Positions 1 to 18,148 of a DNA stretch of 64,000 nucleotides are shown piece after piece. A program made the translations under genes and the position numbers. Every line of letters begins with the position of its first letter. The stretch's first letter is position 1. Origin of the DNA: the human T2T-CHM13v2.0 reference genome, Homo sapiens; NCBI RefSeq assembly GCF_009914755.1, contig NC_060929.1; one strand, written 5' to 3'. Under the pieces are notes generated by a model, which ran no database searches, had not been told where the DNA came from, and worked only from the letters and a program-made list of their open reading frames with translations.

Positions 1-255
1 TTAGGTTATAATTTACATCCTTCTGCTTTCTATTGATATTAGGCTTTAAAAATATACTTACTGGACATTTATATTTCCTTTTCTGTGAAACGCTTGTTAT
101 AATTTGATTATTTATTTGTCCTTTTATTGATTTCTACGACTCTTTTATATGGTCTGGATACTATTCCTATGTCAGTAATAAGTATTATAAAAATCTCTTG
201 GGTTTTGGTTTATATTTTCATAATTTATGGTATCTTTTGAAAAATGTAAATTCTT

Positions 256-565
<310 letters not shown>

Positions 566-929
566 TCAGATTTTGTGCCTTGTTTGAGAATATAATAGAG
601 ATAATTTTCTCTTAAAACATAAAAGTATATTTTTCATATTTAATATCACTGAGAGCTGATATTTATGTGTGTATAAGTGTGGAGATGAAGGAGGATTCAA
701 TTTTACATCTTTCCATGTTAACAAGCATGTGTCTTAGAACTCTTTATTGCTAAGCTCATCTTTTCTCCAGTTATCTCTATAGCACCTTTGTATATGTTGT
801 TTTCATTATATGTATATGTATAACATATTTGGCTATATGATAAATTTCTAGGATTTCTAGAGGTTATAATTAAATTTTTAGGATTCCTAACATTCTATGC
901 ATTGGATTTTTTGTGTGTGCCTGCTGTTG

Positions 930-1265
930 CCTCTACCTGGAAGCTCTTTGCTTGACTCACTTCTCCCCCATGTTGAGTCTTTGCTCAAACTGGACTTTCG
1001 TGACAATTTTAACCTAAAGTATTTCCCAGTGTCTCACTGCTTTTTTTTTAATCCCTATCACATTTTATTTTTTATATCCTTCACCACTTCTTCATGTTTA
1101 TATTCACTTCTTTGTTTACTGACTCTATCCTCCACTAGAATGTAGAATCATGAGATCTGAAACCTTGTCTTTTTCATTTCTGCATCTTCAGTGTCTTTGG
1201 AATAATACTTGGAAGACAGTAGGCATTTAGTGAAAGTTTAACCAAGGAATAAATGAAGAAATGGA
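930..1265 (+). mobile_element. LINE2 (L2a-like) 3' end
   Basis: ccactagaatgtag...catgaga...tctgcatcttcagtgtc...cagtaggcatttag...gaataaatgaa, typical degenerate L2 3' terminus. Confidence 0.7.
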
Positions 1266-1277
1266 TATAAAATTTGC

Positions 1278-1435
1278 TCTGTCATTTATGAGATTAAGAA
1301 TCTTATGTAAGTTACTTAATCTTTCTGAATTGTACTTTTTAAATGTTTAGGTAAAGCTTAGAGATAATGAATCTACTATGACTACTGTAGTATCTGGCAC
1401 ACAGAAGGTTCTTTGTAAATGATAGAGATTATTAT
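1278..1435 (+). mobile_element. MIR SINE fragment
   Basis: aagttacttaatctttctgaa core and tctggcacacagaagg...taaatgatag 3' end. Confidence 0.6.
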
Positions 1436-1544
1436 ATACAGTCTCCGCATGAGAAGAAGCAAGATGCAATTTGTCATCAAGAGCACCCCAAAACACAAAC
1501 ACGTGAAAAATAAAATGAGAGTTTTAGACTTTTACTTGATTTTA

Positions 1545-1764
1545 AAAAATAAAAGAAAGAATAAAAGAAAACCAAAAAGGAAATAAAATAAGAAAGAAAG
1601 AAGGAAGGAAGGAAGGAAGGGATGGAGGGAGGGAAGAAGGGAAGGGAGGGAGGGAGAAAGGGAAGGAGAGAAAGAGAGAGAAAGAAGAAAGAAAGAAAGA
1701 AAAAGAAAGAAAGAAAAGAAAGAAAAAGCAAAGAAAGAAAGAAGAAAGAAAAAGAAAGAAAAAG

Positions 1765-1795
<31 letters not shown>

Positions 1796-1863
1796 GAAAG
1801 AAAGAAAGAGAAAGAGAAAGAAAGGGAAAGAGAAAGAAAGGGAAAGAGAAAGAAAGGGAAAGA
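1545..1863. repeat. GA-rich low-complexity tract, (GAAA)n/(GGAA)n
   Basis: almost pure purine run on the + strand. Confidence 0.95.
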
Positions 1864-3325
1864 GCCTTCTGAAACTATTTCAAACTAAAGAGAAAATCCA
1901 TTAGGATATTATAGTGGTATGTTATAGAACCCAGGACTGAAAATAGGGAACTCAGAAATCCTTCCTCTCCCTTTCTCATTTCTGCTTTTCTCTGCAGTGA
2001 ATTTAGTGGATTTACTTCTTCTCCCTCATTCCGAAAAGGATTCAGTTTGTGTGGCAGCCAACAGCTACAAAGGCTATAGGTTACATATTCAGCCAATCAG
2101 AAATATGCTGATCTTTTCTTTTTTATTCCCTAATCCAAATTCTCACGAAAATAATTTATTTGACTGAATTGATTTACCCATATATTTTTCAACAAATCAA
2201 TTGTGGCCAGAAAGCTAGGATTATATTGAACAAACATGAAAGTTATCTCTAATGCATATATCTATGGGGAGAGCAATTACCTACATAAAAAAGGAAGTAG
2301 TCTCCAATAAGTTAAGGGGGGCTGCAAAGATCATAAATAGTCTATTCCAATTATATTTTAAGAAGGAAACCTTAACTAGTGTCTGATCTTGGAGCATTAG
2401 CTCAAAAAATAACCCCAGTAGGAAGTTATAGTATAATGAAAAGGTCATTGCTCTGAAAGCTAAAAGATCTTGTTTCCAGTGTCTAGTTAACCAGCAGGAA
2501 AAATTCAAAGAGAGTCACTAAGGACAATAGAACCATTACATTAAATACTATTATTTTTGGCTGCCTTAAAGTGCTATTATTCAATCTTTTCAATGATGGG
2601 TTAAACTTCAGAATATTTTAACAAACATAAATAATTTTTGTCTTGACTTCTTACAATAATCCATGTGGGGTTTTCTAGACCTCTTATCTAATGCTGTAAT
2701 TTTGTGCTTCTACAGTGGATGACTAGGTTCAAACATAAATCACTTGTTTAAAGAGACACTAAGAAAGAAAATCTATTTTTTCTCCAAAGTTAAAGATAGA
2801 TATTGATACTGACTTTCACATCACAAAACTCTTATTTTACCTGATAAACTGCAAGGCTCCAAAAAGACAATAATCTGAGAAGGACATACTTTTCTTCCTT
2901 CATTTCACCTAACATTCCTTGGGAGGGGTCACTCCCACGGTGACAGCTACTGGCAAACTTTAACTTTATCATCGCCAATTAAAGTGTCTCTTCCTCCTGA
3001 CAGTCAGTATCCATTTCATTCTAGATGTGCAATTTGGCCTCTTTCTGTCATGAATCTCCTCTCCTAGATGGCATTTTGAGAAAACAGGCACTTGCTTGAT
3101 TTCTCTCATATCATGGGAAGTTTCAACACACTGGGATGTCACCCATATAGTACTAATTACTTTTACCTTTGCAGTCCTCAAATTAGACAGGCACTATCCA
3201 CAAGCCAATGATGCACAAGATTAAAAAGATGATATTTTGCAAATGATGCAGACAGCAAATCTATTAATGTAAAAATGATGTGTTCATGTTCGCAATTTAT
3301 TATAGTAATATAGGCCAGATTCATC

Positions 3326-3410
3326 ACACACAAACACACACACACACACACGCACACAAATATAAACATATAGAGAGAGAGACAGAGAGAGCGAGAGAGC
3401 GAGAGGAAGG
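3326..3410. repeat. compound (CA)n/(GA)n microsatellite
   Basis: seen directly. Confidence 0.9.
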
Positions 3411-3429
3411 GAGCTAAGGCTGGTCTTTC

Positions 3430-3622
3430 TAAACATTTACTAGATTTCAAGTGTTCAGCTGGGTTGTTTAAGTAGTTTCTCTTATTTAACCCTGCAACAA
3501 AATCTCCATTTTTAAAATAAGGAAAAGGAGCTTTGGAGAATTGAAAAAGTTTTCTCAAAATTTCACACACAAAAAAGTATAATTTAATGGAGTATTTGCA
3601 AACTTTGCTGCTCACCACAGCC
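3430..3622 (-). mobile_element. MIR SINE
   Basis: aaacatttactag...cttatttaaccctgcaacaa...ctccatttttaaaataagga...ctcaccacagcc, reverse-orientation MIR. Confidence 0.65.
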
Positions 3623-3854
3623 AAGCAGGTAAAATAAATGAATAAATTAGGTGTGGCACTTGTAGATTAAACTAAAAGAAATGTTCTTTGCTTCTTCAAG
3701 TAAGAGTTCACTCTCTCTTGTTACTTGAAAAGTTTCACCCTCTAGATTAATCCTTCATTTTCCCAAGTACAAATAATTATATCTCTATTATAAGAAAAGC
3801 AACGATGTGAAATAAGTGACCATTATTTACTAACACAGCTTTGGAGTCAGGGCA

Positions 3855-4100
3855 ACACTATAGAAGGATGGAAATTGCAGAAAATTGTAGAAGGCACGTC
3901 ATGATTAAATGGCGCAGCCATTGTACCTCTCCAGCTGATAGTTCCCATGGGAATGCAGACCTAGGGTGGCCAGACCTCGTTTTTTAAGTGAAGATGCAAG
4001 TTCGGATTTTTACATGAAATTATCCAATGTTTATATGCTGGCTCGAACATTTTAAAAACACAATGCATGGGCCAAATAAAATACACATGGATCAGCACTT
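3855..4100 (+). mobile_element. MER102-like hAT-Charlie DNA transposon relic
   Basis: ctccagctgatagttcccatgggaatgcagacctagggtggccagac...ggatttttacatgaaat...gggccaaataaaatacac resembles the MER102 consensus as I recall it. Confidence 0.65.
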
Positions 4101-4554
4101 TTCGAAGATGTAAGGGAGTAAAAGTGAAAACATGGTATGATGTACACATAGGTTTGAAAACTACCGGTGCCCCATACTAACTTGTACACTTTGGATTTGT
4201 TTCTCTATTCTTAGTCTCCTCATTGGTAAAATAATAGACTCATTAAGAGGATTACATGAGATATTCATGGGACTAATCACAATTTAAGATGGTCAAAGCA
4301 AATATATGGCAGGACAAACTAGATATTTGCAAATATTTATGTCAAGTGAATGAGTCATGATTTAAACTGATGTCTGCCTCACCTCAAAGTCCATGCTTTT
4401 TCTACTACATTACCATTCCCTTTAACAGGCTGAGGATTCTACACAATATTTGACAGATCTCTTCTAGTTTGTCCTGTCATATATTTGTTTTGACCATCCT
4501 AAAATTGTGATTAGTCCCATAAATTTCCCTCAGCTAGCACACTCAGGACGTGAA

Positions 4555-5064
4555 GATCAGTTTTGGTTACCAATAATAGAAAACCTAACTCAAATTGCCT
4601 TAAAATATAAGGAGATTTTATTAACTCACATAAAGCTCAGGCTTTAATTGTGTCACAAAATTTGTGTAGTTGTGTGTATCTGTGTGTGTGCGTGCTTCTC
4701 ACATCTCACTCTGCCTTCCAAGATATTTACATCTTCCTAAAACTGATTTATTTTAACATCTCAAATGACTGCTAATACCTAGGGCTCCCTGTTTCCTCAT
4801 TCATATTTAGCAGGGAAAGAGGTCATTTTTGCTCCAGAATTCCCAGCAAACTGAATTTCACTCTGAATGAGTGTAGGTACCATGGGAATGGGATAGCAAG
4901 TCCTGAACCACAGTGTGTGACCAATGAAATGAAATGCTGTGATTGGCTTGGCCTAGGTTCCAGCCCCACTCCAGCACTAGATGCCCAAGTGGAAACTGGT
5001 GACCATTTGGAAAAGGAACTGAGGAGAGAGTTGGCAAAGAAGATATCAACAAATGTCCATCTAC
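4555..5064 (-). mobile_element. old MaLR LTR (MLT1J/K/L-like)
   Basis: cctaactcaaattgccttaaa...ttattaactcacataa start; gattggcttggcctagg; ends aaatgtccatctaca. Confidence 0.6.
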
Positions 5065-5069
5065 ACTGA

Positions 5070-5722
5070 TGTTTTAATAAGGGTTCTGCAGAGACACAGA
5101 ACTGATAGGATAGGTAGAGAGAAATGCTAAAAGGGATTTATCAGGAGAATTGGCTGGTTTGATTATGGAGGCTGGGAATTCCCATCATAGGCCACCTGCA
5201 AACTGGAGAACCAAGAAAGCTGGTAACGCAGCTCAGTCCATGTCCAAAAGCCTCAGAACCAAGGAAGTTGATGGTATAACTCTCAGTCCAAGGCTGAGAC
5301 TCAAGAGCCCAGTGAGATTGCTGGGGGGAGTCTTAGAGTCTGAAGGCCAGGGATCCTAATTTTCTGATGTCCAAGGTCAGGAGAAGGACACCTCAGCTCC
5401 AAAAAGAAAGGGAAATAATTAACCCTTCCTTTGCCTTTTTGTTCCATCGGGGACCCCAGCTGATTAGATGGTGCCACACACATTGAGGGTGGATCTTCCA
5501 CACTCAATCCACTGATTCACAGGCCAATCTCCTCTGGAAACACCCTCACAGACACAGCTGGAGCAGCCCTGTCATTGAAATCCAAAACAAACCACCTGGG
5601 CTTCCCTTTCAGCAGAAAAGTTATGAGCCCAGGCCAAGCAAAGCACTGAGAATAAATAATGCTTTATCTGCTATCTGGATATCCCTTAATCCAGTCAGGT
5701 TGATACCCCAAATCAGCCACCA
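5070..5722 (-). mobile_element. MLT2B-like ERVL LTR
   Basis: agggttctgcagagacacagaac...gattatggaggctggga...aatccagtcaggttgataccccaaatcagccaccaca, MLT2 pattern with TG...CA ends. Confidence 0.85.
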
Positions 5723-6439
<717 letters not shown>

Positions 6440-6500
6440 TAGTGTAATAAACTCTTACATCTTAAGAACTACAAGACAGTTTAGAAATCTGTAAATACAG

Positions 6501-6808
<308 letters not shown>

Positions 6809-7031
6809 TCAGTAGATACAACCTACTTATTTTGATAGATTAATAAAATGGTTCCAGAAGAGCATAAATGGCACGCTTAATATCAAGTTTAAAAGTTATT
6901 TGTAAATGGAATCTGTATTTCTCTGCTTTTATTTCTGTTTCTTGGAGGAGCAGCCTAGGACAAATGTACAACACAAATCTCAAATCTCTTTTCAATGACA
7001 ATTTAGACTGATAAAACATAAAGTCATTTTT

Positions 7032-8828
<1,797 letters not shown>

Positions 8829-9234
8829 TAGAGTCATTTTTAAATCAGCCCTACACCCTCTAAGTACTTCTAGTAGAAGCAAATTGATGGATTCTTGTCT
8901 GGGCAAAGAAATACATCTGTCTGAATATATGCCATGAACCTAAATAGCTATTTCATTTTGGATGGTTTTTAAGTTCTCCAACCTATAATAGATGAGATGG
9001 AGAGAAAAAGAAGAAACTACAAAAAAGAGGAAAGAAAAGGAAAGGAAAGGTAAAGGAAAAAAGAAAGATAACTAATTACTTGGACATTGTGTTGTGTCAA
9101 AGACAATTCTTTTTCAAGGTTTTTACATTTAAAAGAAACATTTTAATATTATTGTCTAATTTTTTGTCTGCCAACTTCAATAGCAGAGTATTGCCAACAG
9201 AATTGGTAAGTAATGCAATACCAAAAGATATGCT

Positions 9235-9597
9235 TGTATTAGTCTGTTCTCACACTGCTAATAAAGACACATTTAAGATTGGATTATTTATAAAGGAAAG
9301 AGGTTTAATTGACTCACAGTTCCACATGGCTGGGGAGGCCTCACAATCACGGCGGAAGGTGAAGGAGGAGAAAGGCACATCTTATATGGCAGTAGGCAAG
9401 AGAGAAAGCATTTACAGGGACACTTCCCTTTATAAAACCATCAGATCTTGTGAGACTTCTTCACTAGCATGAGAATAGCACAGGAGAAACCCACATCCAT
9501 GATTCAATTACCTCCCACTGGGTCCCTCCCATGACATGTGGGGATTATTACAATTCAAGGTGAGATATGGGTGGGGACACAGAGCCAAACAATATCA
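9235..9597 (-). mobile_element. THE1 (THE1B/C-like) MaLR solo LTR
   Basis: tgtattagtctgttctcacactgctaataaagac...agagccaaacaatatca; 5-bp TSD atgct 9230-9234 / 9598-9602. Confidence 0.95.
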
Positions 9598-10095
9598 ATG
9601 CTTCACTTGATTGGAAAAACCAAATTCATTAGTATCTACATATCCAAAACTCTTTTGTGTGTTTGTTTAGAGGCAACAACAGTTAAATGATAAACCTGCC
9701 CTATACTCCTAACTTTAAATTTAAAACATTGTGTTTTCAGAACTTTCAAAGAGTTTCAAATATTTCTGCCCTCTACAAGTTAAAATCTGTGTAAATCCAA
9801 ATCAAGAGAAAAAGAAAAAAAATAGCAAATATTTTCTAATGACTTTTCCCAAAACAGAGATTTCTCATTCTCACTATTCTCCCTGCTATTTCCTCACATA
9901 AAAAGTTATTATTTATAGCCTAGCCTTTTTAGGGCATAGTTATTCTAATGTCAACATCATCTATGGTGTGGATGGAACTGCTGTGTCAGACAACAGAAAG
10001 AAAGGTTGGAAAAAAAGCCAAATTTTCTGTTTAAATTAAAAATTGAAGATTTTAAAAAATTCATTTATCTAAAAATAATAGCCTTTTTGGACTCT

Positions 10096-10945
10096 TGTGA
10101 TACTATAAAACATACATTTGTTCTGCATCCATCCCGGTTTCCTGGCATACAACTTCTAAAATCTGTAGAATCGCCAAAGTCATGCCTTTTTGTGTGCTAA
10201 TGCGTTGGCTGATGGCTGGCAGCCCCTAGATAACTTCAGAATGGAGCTGGGCACCAGAAAGACCAAAGCAGTATGAGAAGGTTGGGACTTTCAGCCCCAC
10301 CCACAACCTCTGGGGAGGGATTAGGGGTGGGTGGGGGGTTAAGTTAACCAAAGTAGCCAGTGCTTTAATCAATTATGCCTAAGTAATAAAGCTTCCAGAG
10401 AAACTGTAAGGACTGGATCTCAATGAGCTTTCAGATAGCCAAATGCATGGAAGTGCCCGGAGAGTGTCACATCCAAGAGGGCATGGGAGCTCCACATCCC
10501 TTCCCACATGCCTTGATCTGTGCATCTCTTTGTCTACATTCTTTGTAATATTCTTTATAAGAAACTGGTAAATGTGTTTTCCTGAGCTCTGTTGAGTTCC
10601 TCTAGCAAATTAATCAAACTCAAAAAGGTGGTCACCATGGGAACCTCAATTTACAGCTAGTCAGTCAGAAGCACAGGAAAAACAAACTGAGGCTTGCTAC
10701 TGGCATCTGAAGTTAGGGCAGTCTTGTAGGGACTGAGCTCTCAATCTGTGCAATCTATGCAACCTCCAGGTAGATAGTGTCAGAATTGAATTGAATTAAA
10801 GGACACTGAGCAAATTAAAGGACACTGAGCTGGTATCCACTGCAGAATTAATTGCTTGCTGCTGGGGAGAAATCCACACACATTTGGTGTCAGAAGTATT
10901 TTGAGAGAGTGTAGTTGAAGAAACTGAGTTTGTTTTTCCCTTTCA
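10096..10945 (+). mobile_element. MER21 (MER21B-like) solo LTR
   Basis: tgtgatac...cctggcatacaacttctaaaa...cccctagataacttcag...caccagaaagaccaa; TG...CA ends; TSD actct/actat; internal 18-bp duplication 10794-10830. Confidence 0.8.
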
Positions 10946-11659
10946 ACTATATAACTGCCCTCGGATATTCCTAATTCACTGGTAATTAAACATTTGCAGA
11001 ATGTGTATATGGTTGCACAGCAAATAATCCTTGCACTATGTTTAAGTTTAGTTCAACCAGTTTTCCAAATGCTATTCATCAATGTGTCATGGCACCTATC
11101 ACTTCAGGGAAAAAACACTTGGCATAGTGTAAAAATTATTTCTTTAACAGATAGTATCAGATTTATTTTTATAGAGGAAAACAAATTTTGAGGAAAACAC
11201 CTTGATAAGAAAGTGAGTTAGGAGAAAATGCATGTGGTTATAAGTTGGCAAAAGTCAAGACAGTAGAAGAAATAGCTAAAATGTTCTGCACTAAAAATAA
11301 ATAGAACTCTGATGGTGAGGAAAGTGAGAGAACAAAGAAGAGAGGATGAAGGGCAAGGGGGCCAAGAAACACAACCAGGGAGTCTGGAGCTCAATTTACA
11401 GAAATAGCTACAGGACTTCCATAAACAGGAATTTCTTACAGTGAATTTTAAATTGTATGTGTTACTTCACTGCAAAATTCTCCATATTGTCAAAAATTCA
11501 GGAAAATCTTGACATAAAATGTTATAAAATAAATGGTTTGATGAAAGTAATGGGAAAAGCCAATTTCTTCATCTGGGTCCATGTGCTGTGAAACAGAGAC
11601 AGAGACAGAATGGCCAGATGGTCCCAAAACTGACCTAATTTGTCAGAAAGTCTGGCTTA

Positions 11660-11737
11660 ATCATATCAAGAACCTAAAACAGTGGCTGGTGCATAGTAGC
11701 TGCTCAATACATATTTGATCAGAATTAATGAATGAAT
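11660..11737 (+). mobile_element. L2 3' end fragment
   Basis: cctaaaacagtggctggtgcatagtagctgctcaatacatatttga...aatgaatgaa. Confidence 0.7.
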
Positions 11738-12204
11738 TCATTAGGCATCGGTGATTTTGAGATGCCCCTTGAGAACCATGAACATCTTCTCTCAGGTAGT
11801 CATAGTTACTAGGGTATTAAAATGAGTTTTCAAGCAATCTAATTGAAATTATATACATCAATAAAACCTTTGTTAATGTCTAGCTTATATTTACATTAAT
11901 ATTTAACACTTTTGAATATTAAAGTTTTAAGAGTAAACACGACTGTGGGTACTTTTTCAAACCTTAAAGTATCCTATTTTGCTCTCTTTTAAATACCTAT
12001 TGTACAGAAAATCAAGAGGCTTTCAAAATCACTTTTAAAAATAAAATTCCAAGGCATAATTTACAACTGTGGGAATGAAAACAGTTTATAGACACTCAAG
12101 TTAAACCAAAATCTTCACTATCCATGCCGATTTCAAAGTATTAAAGTGTTAAGCATGACAAATTGCCTCAAAATGTAGTGCCTTAAAACAATAAATATGT
12201 ATTG

Positions 12205-12609
12205 TGCTATGACTTGAATATTTGTCCCCTCCAAAGCTCATAGAAATTTAATCCCCAATATGGCAGTATTGAGTTGTACAGCCTTGAAGAGGTGATTGCA
12301 TCTTGAGGGCCCTCCCTCTTGAATGGATTGATCTATTCATGGATAATAGGTTAAGGAATTAATGGGTTATGATGGGAAGGGACTGCTGACTTTATAAGAA
12401 GTAGAGAATCCTGAGCTACCACCCTCAGCCCTCTCTCCATGTGAGGCCCTGTGCTGCCTCAGGACTCTGAAGACTTTCTACTAGCAAGAAGGCCCTCACC
12501 CAATACGGACTTCTCAGCATCTATAACTGCAAGAAATAAATTTCTTTTCTGTATAAATTACCATATTTCAGGTGTTTTATTGTAAGCAACAGATAAATGG
12601 ACTAAGACA
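12205..12609 (+). mobile_element. MSTC/MSTD-like MaLR solo LTR
   Basis: tgctatgacttgaatatttgtcccctccaaa...agcaagaaggccctcacc...ggactaagaca. Confidence 0.85.
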
Positions 12610-13025
12610 TTACTTCACATTTTCTGCGGATGGGATGTGGAGCTACTTAGCCCAGTGATTCTGGCTCAGGGTTTCACACTGCTGTCATGACATCAATTGA
12701 AGATACACTTTTATAAAAGTTTGAATGGTGCTGGAGAATCTGCTTAAGATGGTTCATTCACATAGGTGAGAAGTTGGTGCTATCTCTTGGCAGAAGGCCA
12801 AGTTTCTTGATGCACAGACCTCTCCATAGCACTGCTTGAGTGTCCTCATGACAAGGGGGCCAACTTCCACCAGAAGAAGTGAATGATCAAAAGAGATGAA
12901 GGTGGATGCTCCAATGTCTTCATGAACACTCTTGGAAGTGACACAACATTACTTCTATCACATTTTATTCATTAGAGGCAAAACACAAAGTCCAGCCCAT
13001 ACTGAAGAGGAAGGAAGTTAAGCTC

Positions 13026-15673
<2,648 letters not shown>

Positions 15674-15864
15674 GGCTCCATCTTTTGAAGAGAGGAGTGT
15701 CAAAGGTTTGTGACTATATTTTAAAACCACCAGTTATTATGAGTCAAAAAGTATGTTTTCTAAAAATATTGTGCTTCAATTATACAATGCAACTTAACCA
15801 TTTGATGTCCTGCTATATATAATATTACTACAGTAAGTCATTCTTGGACCAGGAAGAAAGTTTC

Positions 15865-15998
15865 CTTAGAGAAGAAAGGAGTAGAAAAAGGAGGAGGAGA
15901 AGGAGATGGAATAAGAGGAAGAGGAATAAGAAAGAGAAGGTGAAAAAGAAAGATTGGGAAGGGAGGAGAAAAAAGCAGGAGGGGGAAGAGGAAAAGAA
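15865..15998. repeat. GA-rich low complexity
   Basis: seen directly. Confidence 0.85.
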
Positions 15999-16295
15999 AC
16001 AGCTGTTATCGTCCATGCTGTATAGTTCAGTTGTTTTTCTTATTGCTCTGACTGGGTCATGTGCTATTCCTGATTTGATCACTGTATCAAGGAAATTCTA
16101 TGTCTTACAGGGCAGACCCAAGGCACACAGGCACATAGGCACATAACCATTCCTGGTCTAGGATAGCTTCAACACCTTGAAAGCATATGGACTCAAGTGG
16201 AAGAAGAGTGAGGTACCAGAGAAATCAGAGTTGTGGTTCCCTAAAGCATGAGTTGATTCTAGGTAGCCAAAAACAGATACCCACTAACAGATGTC

Positions 16296-16300
<5 letters not shown>

Positions 16301-16348
<48 letters not shown>

Positions 16349-16366
16349 GGCGTGTGTGTGTGTGTG
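16301..16366. repeat. (TA)n plus (TG)n microsatellite
   Basis: about 21 uninterrupted TA units followed by a TG run. Confidence 0.95.
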
Positions 16367-16971
16367 AATTAATCACCCCAACAGCTATTTGAGGAATATA
16401 GGAATTTAAAAGTGAAAAAGGGGTAAAATCTTAGAAGGAAAGGGGACATGAGCATAAAGATATATATTTTTTTAAAAATACATTTATTCAAAAGGGACCT
16501 GTAAGTTAAACATATATTTTTTAAATCTATACATCATTAGTAAAAAATGACCATGTTAGAATGTCTCAAAGCTATGCAAAGCAAATAATATTAATTTTGA
16601 AAGATTAGGTATCTCACCACATATGAGGTGGTCAGAATGAAAAGATGAAAATGAGATTGAGTCCAGCATGAATAAAATAAAGACTGGGGAATAATTGCTC
16701 TAGTCTAGGGACATGACCAGGCAAGTCTCAGTGGCTCTCATTATAGAAATGGATGAATCAAGTTCATCATTTCCAGATATTCTTGAATAACTGATTAATC
16801 TACTAATCCTTATTGCTCTTATTAAGTGCTTATCAAGTAACTATGTAATATTTGGTTTCCCTGTAGGTTGCTCTATAAGAAAGAGAATATCTGGCAGTCT
16901 CCTTTAATATTACTCTTTCTGAATTAGTTAACTGGCATCCTGGTAAGATTCTTCTGAATGTGTATCATGAG

Positions 16972-17660
16972 TGGTGCAATGTCAGGATAATCAGATTCAT
17001 GCCTGTCTGTGTCTTTCCCAAAATATCAGACTTTTATTGATACTATCTCAATCATAAAAGCCACGAGCTATATGGAGTTCCCAAGGAAGCAGTTCTCTTT
17101 AGTAATTCCCACTCACTGGTAATTAGAGCTGTAGGCACACTGGCTCAAGCCACTCCACAAGTCAGTCAATATTGCCAACCATACATGATAGTATACTTAA
17201 ACAATACATGTTATAGATTAAACATTCCACAACAAACTAAGTGACATTTAACATCAAGAGAAAAGAGATAGCAAAAACAGGTTAACAGACCAGTTCGTAG
17301 AGAGTGATGTAGGCCAAAAGAATATCCTGGTCTGGCCCAGGTGGTTGCTGGTCTTTCACAGAAGAGTCTTTGATGTGGACAGAGTCTTTGGCAGCAGATG
17401 CTGGTTGCTTATCATGAATGCTAGAAAGAGAGTGTCTGTTAAGACAGCCATTTTGAGCTGCTGAAGTCATGCTCTTTTATTTCCCTAGAATCCTCTGGTG
17501 AGGACTGACAGTGGAAGAGTGTACTTTGTCCTTATCTGGTTGGGTCCAGTCTTTATTGATCAAGCAAAACATCTAGTCCCGGTTGGCAAGGTGCCTTTTG
17601 AAATGTAAGATTGAGTCTTTTCCTAAGATGGAGTTACTTATGTCAATGGTGCCCTATACA
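16972..17660 (-). mobile_element. ERVL-class solo LTR (MER76-like)
   Basis: minus strand starts tgtatagggcaccattgacataagtaactccatcttagg; TG...CA ends; perfect 5-bp TSD atgag 16967-16971 / 17661-17665. Confidence 0.75.
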
Positions 17661-18148
17661 ATGAGGTTATCTCATATCATTCAACCCTGAAAGATTGACA
17701 TACTCTATATTTTAACTAAAATATGCTCTTCCTGCTGCCCTTAATTACAATAAAATACAATAATGCTACCTCTGGGTAGCCAGTCAGGCAACCTCTGTAA
17801 AAAACCCCATATAACTGTATTCCCTTTTCAACTTTCGTTAAAGATTAGTACCAATGAGTATTGCTCTCTGCCCTTTGCAGCAGATGTGCATTAATCCGAT
17901 GGCATTAATCTGGTCAACCTTGAATTTATTCATTCCTCACCCCTGCTGGTAATATGAGTGGCACTTCCATTTACAGCATAAAGACCTAGAGGCAAGACTG
18001 AAACTAGCGTGTTGTCCCTTTTCTCATACTTCTGTTTTTATACTAAGAATTTGCTCCAGATTTGAGTTCAGTCCCCAAAGTCTAAGAGAATCTTCATTTT
18101 TATTCAGCAAACTGTCTTTGCCACTTCATAGTTTAAAAAAAGAAAAAA

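Noticed and set aside
1477-1888. K/E/R-rich and F/L/S-rich ORFs (also 14518-14763, 15828-16146, 34279-34593)
   Set aside because: Translations of GA-rich low-complexity tracts
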